DNA of 63,986 nucleotides, the filler included, from an uncultured Ignavibacteriales bacterium (GTDB lineage Bacteria; Zixibacteria; MSB-5A5; GN15; JAAZOE01): the NCBI GenBank assembly GCA_964611355.1. It is 4 parts of 4 records of this genome, joined end to end, with 100 filler letters (N's around TTAATTAATTAA, not from the genome) between each part and the next. Parts side by side here need not be neighbours in the genome. Positions count along the whole stretch, not along the records: positions 41,020 to 60,402 come from CAZSYD010000042.1; positions 60,503 to 63,986 come from CAZSYD010000095.1; 2 more parts are not named here. The stretch is one strand, 5' to 3'. Both the position numbers and the translations under genes were made by a program. Below, piece by piece: positions 58,641 to 63,986 of this stretch. Below the pieces are notes generated by a model. That model was not told the origin of the DNA and did not search any database. It was given only the letters and a program-made list of their open reading frames with translations. The stretch's first letter is position 1; each line of letters begins with the position of its first letter.

Positions 58641-59687
58641 CTACATTATTTTCTTGAACAGCGAGAGAATCCCCTGTTTCCACGCAACGCGGTGGGTTAC
58701 GCCTGTTCCCGTACGGCTTACCTGATCCTTATTCTTGAGATACCAGTCATAACTTTTGATGAGTGCCTGCGAATTGGATATCTTCGGCTTCCACCCGAGC
58801 TTCTTTTCTATTTTTTCGATTGACACGTAAGAGTCCTTGTCAGCGGTGCCGTATATCCACTTGTAGAGTGGGGACAGCCTGAGGAACTCCAAGAAGGCGA
58901 GAGCGGCCTTGATGGGGGCTGCCGGTGTTCTCATAACCCGTGCGCCGGTGCCTGCGTGCTCGCACAGCGCGTTGACGTCCTTTTCCACACTATTGAAATC
59001 CGTTGCACCAACATTGAAAGTATCATTAGCCTTTTCACGCGGTGCAATCAGACAGAGGTATATGGCATCAACGAGATCATCTACCTCAAGGAGTTGGTAG
59101 CGGTTCTGGCCGTTGCCGATAACCGGGATGCGTTTCCCACTCTCGACCCAGTCATAGAGAATCTGAAACACGCCGAGCCGGCCTGTTCCGATGAACGTCT
59201 TCGGTCGGATTACAGGTACGAAGTACCCTTTTTCTCGGAACTGGTTACAGACTTCCTCCGCCTTGATCTTGCTTTCACCATAGGTCCCGACGCCTATCAT
59301 GGGGTCATGTTCATAAACCGGGTGTCTTGTCGGCACGCCATAGACAGCCGTGCTGGAAATGTAGACAACTCGTTCGACTCCGTATTTCCTGGAGAATTCG
59401 ATGACGTTGCGTGTGCCGTCTACGTTGGTATCAACAATGTCCTTTTTCTTCCATAACGGGAGTGCGGCTGCACCGTGCACTACCGCATTATAGTTGTTTT
59501 CCCTGATGAGTTTTTCTAAGGTGTCTCTGTTTCGAATGTCGCAATGGTGTTTTACGACTTCCAGGGGATAGTCGGCTTCCGGATAGTTTGCTATATCGAG
59601 AAGTTCAACCTGGTGGCCCTTCCCGTGTATGATGTTCGCGGCGTGATAACCGAGAAAGCCCGCCCCTCCGGTGATCAGCAGCTTCAT
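58641..59687 (-). CDS. NAD-dependent epimerase/dehydratase (extended SDR)
   Basis: ITGGAGFLG, ISSTAVYG, YGESK. Confidence 0.9.
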   Translation of the reverse strand: MKLLITGGAGFLGYHAANIIHGKGHQVELLDIANYPEADYPLEVVKHHCDIRNRDTLEKLIRENNYNAVVHGAAALPLWKKKDIVDTNVDGTRNVIEFSRKYGVERVVYISSTAVYGVPTRHPVYEHDPMIGVGTYGESKIKAEEVCNQFREKGYFVPVIRPKTFIGTGRLGVFQILYDWVESGKRIPVIGNGQNRYQLLEVDDLVDAIYLCLIAPREKANDTFNVGATDFNSVEKDVNALCEHAGTGARVMRTPAAPIKAALAFLEFLRLSPLYKWIYGTADKDSYVSIEKIEKKLGWKPKISNSQALIKSYDWYLKNKDQVSRTGTGVTHRVAWKQGILSLFKKIM

Positions 59688-59811
59688 GTTTTTACCTCCG
59701 ATGGCTATAGTAAAACTAGGGCAGGGGCTCCGTGCTCCCGCCTATTCTATTCCCCATTTTTGGTAATGCTCATTTTTTGTCGGCGGGGCGCTACACCGGC
59801 GATCAAAAAGT

Positions 59812-59842
59812 AAAAAGGAGACTGGTCTGTCCCAGTCTCCTT
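59812..59842 (-). terminator. Intrinsic terminator after the RRM gene
   Basis: AAGGAGACTGG/CCAGTCTCCTT stem with a T tract on the minus strand. Confidence 0.75.
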
Positions 59843-59890
59843 CACATACACAATGTTGTCGTATTCGCCTATAAGAGGCCCGTATGTCTC

Positions 59891-60169
59891 TTACCAGCTC
59901 CGGCGGCGATTGCCGCCTTGAGAGTCGTTGCGCGGGCGCGCTTCGTTGACATTCAACGTGCGTCCGTTCAGCTCCTGGCCATTCAACCCCTCGATTGCGG
60001 AAGTGGCCGCCTCCTGGGCGGACATCTCGACAAAGCCAAACCCTCTTGGTCTGCCGCTGTCTCTGTCCGTAATAATGTTGACGCCCGTGACTTCTCCAAA
60101 GCCTTCAAAGGCCTGGTGCAACTGATCTTCTGTCGTGTCAAACGACAGGTTACCAACGTAGATATTCAT
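59891..60169 (-). CDS. RRM (RNP-1) RNA-binding protein
   Basis: IYVGNL (RNP2), RGFGFVEM (RNP1), LNVNEARPR. Confidence 0.95.
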   Translation of the reverse strand: MNIYVGNLSFDTTEDQLHQAFEGFGEVTGVNIITDRDSGRPRGFGFVEMSAQEAATSAIEGLNGQELNGRTLNVNEARPRNDSQGGNRRRSW

Positions 60170-60349
60170 TCTACACTCCGGTTTTGTTTATCCCCAATCA
60201 AATCTCTCCCGAAGGAATTGCATTCGTCGAGATAAACTCATTAAAGCGCACTATTGCGCGTCAGTTCCCATATTCAGCTTTTTCAGAGATTTGACAGAAT
60301 ATACAAAGCCTTGATAAAAGCACCGACGGAAACCAATTTTGACTATTTA

Positions 60350-60378
60350 AGTATATCGGTTTATTCCGGCAATGTCAA
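60350..60378 (-). promoter_or_regulatory. Near-consensus sigma70 promoter
   Basis: Minus strand TTGACA-N17-TATACT. Confidence 0.7.
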
Positions 60379-60402
60379 TAGCTAATTTTAATTTTATTTC
60401 CC

Positions 60403-60502
60403 NNNNNNNNNNNNNNNNNNNNNNNNNNNNNNNNNNNNNNNNNNNNTTAATTAATTAANNNNNNNNNNNNNNNNNNNNNNNNNNNNNNNNNNNNNNNNNN
60501 NN
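60403..60502. other. Artificial contig join
   Basis: N run with TTAATTAATTAA at 60447-60458. Confidence 0.95.
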
Positions 60503-60623
60503 CCCTTCAGCCGCCCCGGGACCCTGATATCTGATATAGCAACTCAGAAACTATTTTGTGCGCGGCGTATCCTTCCTGCATCAGGACCGGTGTCGACATG
60601 CACCGCGGTGGATCATAAAAATA

Positions 60624-60651
60624 CCGCCAGATGTGGACATCTGGCGGCCAC
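60624..60651 (-). repeat. GTGG REP-like perfect hairpin
   Basis: Minus strand GTGG-CCGCCAGATGT-CC-ACATCTGGCGG. Confidence 0.6.
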
Positions 60652-60661
60652 CAAATAATCC

Positions 60662-60690
60662 TTGACAAAATCGCATATTTCTCTTATTTT
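60662..60690 (+). promoter_or_regulatory. sigma70-type promoter
   Basis: TTGACA-N17-TATTTT. Confidence 0.5.
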
Positions 60691-60764
60691 AAACGGAAGA
60701 ACACATCATCACCCATGGGATGCACGAAAAGATTAATAATCATACAGGTTAAATGGAGGTTAAT

Positions 60765-63700
60765 ATGAAGCGGCTCGGTGTATTTATGCCGGCGCTGATT
60801 ATTCTGGTTATGGCCGGGACTATTAGCGCTCAAACGATTGTATGTGATGGCCGGATCTGTGGCGGATCCGGAACCGTAAGCTATGACGCCATTTTACGAG
60901 ATTTTGTCTATCGCGTAACGACCGGGGCAGTGCCACAGAATCCGGATTCCATTTTTATAGGGACACACGACAACGATCTGAGTCATTATTCGGACATTTG
61001 TTATCCGGCTGGGTGGTCATACACTATAATCCAAGGCACTCGACCCGATTACAGCAACCCTACCAATCACGGTTCGGTGTCGCCAGCCGCGGACGGCAAC
61101 TGCCCCTATACGTTTCTGTTTAGAAACGTAAGCGGGGCACCGCTCTCGTCATCCACCCCGACTGATTTCGGGTTCAACTATCATGGGTATCCGCACAATG
61201 TCGACTGGACCGTGGCCGCGTTCCCACCGGTTTCGGCCGATTGGGCCGCTGTCGTCGGCGTCGGCGCCGGGCCGGTGCATGGCCCGCGCTGTGATACACT
61301 CTGTGAATCGGGGCAGGTAGTGGGCTGGTTTCAGCCAGCCGGCAACTTTGATAATTTTGCCACCGCTGACGGCCCGGAGCCTTCTTCTCCGAGTGCCGCT
61401 TTGCTGGCCCTGATGCAGACTCTCAGCGCCGGGGCCGATCCGTTTTTTGATTCCAATACAATGGATCGCTGTTTCGGGCACACGTTTGTAGGCTGGGACG
61501 CCCATTGTTGTGTTATCGGCGCCGAGCTTTGCTTCCGGATAACCCCGATTGGCAGCGGCTGCGCCAATGATATTCTCAATATACGGGAAAACGCTGTGAA
61601 TGCCACTTGGGGAACCTATATTAAGTTCCTGAAAGCGTGGGATTCCGGTAATCCCGCCGATACTTTCTGGAACGTCGGCGATACGCTGGATGTTTGCCTT
61701 GACCTGGCCAATATGCCTTTGATCAAGAGAGGCGAAGTTTACTATTGGCCCACCAACATCCTGGCCACGCTCGATGACGGCGATATCGATTTTCTGTTGG
61801 CTGACGATACGAAAATCGATTTCCTTACATTAGCAATACAGATATGTACCGATTGCGATACCGGCGCCTGCTGTCTTACGGACGGATCCTGCGTATTTGC
61901 CGTAGGAGCCGCCGACTGCGATAATATCTCGGGCGGCCTCGGGATTTTTTATCCCAACGCAGGCTGTACGCCCAATCCTTGCGGCGGCAATTGCGTCAAG
62001 CCTCCGCCGGACCTTATCTCCTGGTGGCCGCTTAATGAAACCGCCCCGTCCGTTGCCAATGACATCGTAAGCAACCGGGACGGAGTCCATCTTAACAATC
62101 CCGGATTTGTCACCGGAAAGGTTGGGGGTGCCTATAGATTTACGCGATTAAACGGAAGCGGCGTCGTGCGGGTCAATGATGATCCTTTCGACTTTATTGA
62201 CACCCGCGATTTTACAATCGATGCCTGGATTTATCCGGAGTCTTGGTCGACGTGGTGTCAGAGTGCGACTTGCGTGACCAATGGTGGTTTCCATCCATGC
62301 GAAAACCGAATAATCGTGGATAACCGGCTTTCACGTTGGGGGCCGGGAATAAGGTTTTTTGTCAATATGGATCAAAGCACGCCCGGCTATCTTGGCCTGG
62401 AGATGGTGGAACAGGGTGGAGCGATTTTACCGCCATTCCTGACTACAACCGCCCCGGTTGTATTAAACCAGTGGCAACATGTAGCCGTAACCGTATCGAG
62501 GACGGCGGGAACCCCGGTAATTACCTTTTATCACAACGGCACGCCCTACCCGGCATCGCCGACCGGCCCGATTCCGCTGGGCAAGCTTTTTTGGCCCAGC
62601 CCGCCTCAGGCGCGAATGGATATCGGCCATGGACCTTCGCTCAATGCCAGCTCCTGCTGTTTCACCAATGAGTATTTCAGCGGCCGAATAGACGAGGTTC
62701 AAATTTTCGAGAGAGCATTGGACCTCACCGAAATTCTGGCCATCTACAATGCCGCCGAAAAAGGCAAATGCCGGTCTCACTGTCATCTGCCCAAACTGGT
62801 TTTTTGCCCCAATGATGCCAACCGGACTTTTACTTTTAATATCTACAACGAGTCGAACGATCCGGTCACCTACTATTGGGGCATCGGCAGTTCTCCGGCC
62901 GATTGTCCTTCCGGTGTAGTGAGTAATTACAATACGCCTTTTTCTTTTGCCTCTTCTTCGCCCTCCAACATTACGATTCCTGCGGGAGGATCGTATCCCA
63001 TTTCGATCGTGGCAACCAAAGACCCAACATTTGGGGTTGGCGATATCGCCTGCTACAGCGCCTGGGTGCTTGATCCAGCTACAGGCGACATGTTCTTCTG
63101 CCGGGGATCCATTCACGGCGTGTCACACTTTTATTGCCCCTATATTGACGATGCCTATGTGGGGCCTCCGGCCGATATGTATTATGTGGACAGTACGATG
63201 ATTGTGAAATTCCCGATCACCAACACCGGCGACGGCTCGGAAACCTTCAATTACGAAATCGGCGTGATTTCCTCCTGTGCCCCCGATACATTTGTAATTG
63301 ACAGCATTATCCGTCTGAATGGTTTACCTCCCGGAGAAAACGTGATAGATGACATCTTCATTCCTCTTGATGATTCAGCCACTATAGAGGTTGCGGTGCA
63401 ATTGACCGAATACAAGCCGTTCAGCATTCAGGAAATTGTACTAAGGGCGGACTGGGATGATGGCGGGACGATGAGCGACGGTCCGACCATTGCCGTTCAT
63501 CCGGCGTTGCTGGCCGATTGCAATAATAACGGCGTGGAAGATTCGGTGGATATTGATCTCGGAACTTCACTCGACACCAACGGCAACGCCATTCCCGATG
63601 AATGCGAACCTTACGTTTGGCCCGATTACTGTTATTTCTGCGGCGACGCCAACGGCGATACCACGGTCAATCTCGGAGACGCTGTCTTCCTTATTAACTA

Positions 63701-63857
63701 TGTCTTTGCGGAGGGAAGTCCTGCGCCTGATCCGTTGCCCGCGGGCGATGCGAATAACGATTGTGCCGTCAATCTCGGTGATGCCGTGCTCTTGGTAAAC
63801 TATGTCTTCAAGGATGGCGATCCGCCCATCTGTGATGACATATGTGAGTGGCGCTGA
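60765..63857 (+). CDS. Large secreted Cys-rich protein with LamG-like domain and C-terminal dockerin-like domain
   Basis: GGAGGT RBS, signal peptide, TGACCLTDGSC, WWPLNE..FTIDAWI..WQHVAVT..FSGRIDEVQIFERAL, DCNNNG..PDECE, duplicated GDAN.D..VNLGDAV.L.NYVF. Confidence 0.85.
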   Translation: MKRLGVFMPALIILVMAGTISAQTIVCDGRICGGSGTVSYDAILRDFVYRVTTGAVPQNPDSIFIGTHDNDLSHYSDICYPAGWSYTIIQGTRPDYSNPTNHGSVSPAADGNCPYTFLFRNVSGAPLSSSTPTDFGFNYHGYPHNVDWTVAAFPPVSADWAAVVGVGAGPVHGPRCDTLCESGQVVGWFQPAGNFDNFATADGPEPSSPSAALLALMQTLSAGADPFFDSNTMDRCFGHTFVGWDAHCCVIGAELCFRITPIGSGCANDILNIRENAVNATWGTYIKFLKAWDSGNPADTFWNVGDTLDVCLDLANMPLIKRGEVYYWPTNILATLDDGDIDFLLADDTKIDFLTLAIQICTDCDTGACCLTDGSCVFAVGAADCDNISGGLGIFYPNAGCTPNPCGGNCVKPPPDLISWWPLNETAPSVANDIVSNRDGVHLNNPGFVTGKVGGAYRFTRLNGSGVVRVNDDPFDFIDTRDFTIDAWIYPESWSTWCQSATCVTNGGFHPCENRIIVDNRLSRWGPGIRFFVNMDQSTPGYLGLEMVEQGGAILPPFLTTTAPVVLNQWQHVAVTVSRTAGTPVITFYHNGTPYPASPTGPIPLGKLFWPSPPQARMDIGHGPSLNASSCCFTNEYFSGRIDEVQIFERALDLTEILAIYNAAEKGKCRSHCHLPKLVFCPNDANRTFTFNIYNESNDPVTYYWGIGSSPADCPSGVVSNYNTPFSFASSSPSNITIPAGGSYPISIVATKDPTFGVGDIACYSAWVLDPATGDMFFCRGSIHGVSHFYCPYIDDAYVGPPADMYYVDSTMIVKFPITNTGDGSETFNYEIGVISSCAPDTFVIDSIIRLNGLPPGENVIDDIFIPLDDSATIEVAVQLTEYKPFSIQEIVLRADWDDGGTMSDGPTIAVHPALLADCNNNGVEDSVDIDLGTSLDTNGNAIPDECEPYVWPDYCYFCGDANGDTTVNLGDAVFLINYVFAEGSPAPDPLPAGDANNDCAVNLGDAVLLVNYVFKDGDPPICDDICEWR

Positions 63858-63915
63858 TTTAGATGTAGTCCATAATAGAAATGGCATGAACAAATGAAGA
63901 GATAACCAAAGACCG

Positions 63916-63944
63916 GTGGCCCATCCCAGCTTTGCTGGGATGGG
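63916..63944 (+). repeat. GTGG REP-like perfect hairpin
   Basis: GTGG-CCCATCCCAGC-TTT-GCTGGGATGGG. Confidence 0.6.
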
Positions 63945-63986
63945 TTCCCGCATGGATATTATAATACAACATCGTCAGTTTCAATA

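Overview
Bacterial draft or metagenome-derived DNA. It consists of at least four contigs joined by artificial 100-nt N spacers carrying a TTAATTAATTAA linker (20482-20581, 40920-41019, 60403-60502), plus one plain scaffold gap (11891-11990), so adjacency across the linkers carries no biological meaning. Secreted proteins with FlgD-Ig/T9SS-like tails and a dockerin-like tail resemble those of candidate division Zixibacteria (inference). Contig 1: end of oadB; an AT-rich three-gene operon encoding a Druantia DruA/DUF4338-like protein, a NurA nuclease and a HerA ATPase, which is the best candidate for an undescribed anti-phage system; a TetR-TolC-HlyD-ABC efflux operon; a secreted FN3 protein; an ECF sigma/anti-sigma pair with back-to-back promoters; rarA; and a perR-like pseudogene plus catalase flanked by duplicated tmRNA-like 3' ends. 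Contig 2: a GIY-YIG-like nuclease plus DUF4062-TPR pair, a peptidoglycan recycling cluster (GGDEF, nagZ, GyrI-like, anmK, SpoIID), cstA with an in-frame TAG, an MNT-HEPN toxin-antitoxin pair, ggt, a divergent GH35-like protein and an Ig-repeat secreted protein. Contig 3: DUF512 radical SAM, der, a PEP-CTERM protein with a sigma54 promoter, a partner-switching + HEAT + chemosensory cluster without MCP or CheW, a sigma54 two-component system, hldD, an epimerase and an RRM protein. Contig 4: a large LamG/dockerin secreted protein flanked by REP-like hairpins. All family assignments come from motif recognition by eye; no searches were run.
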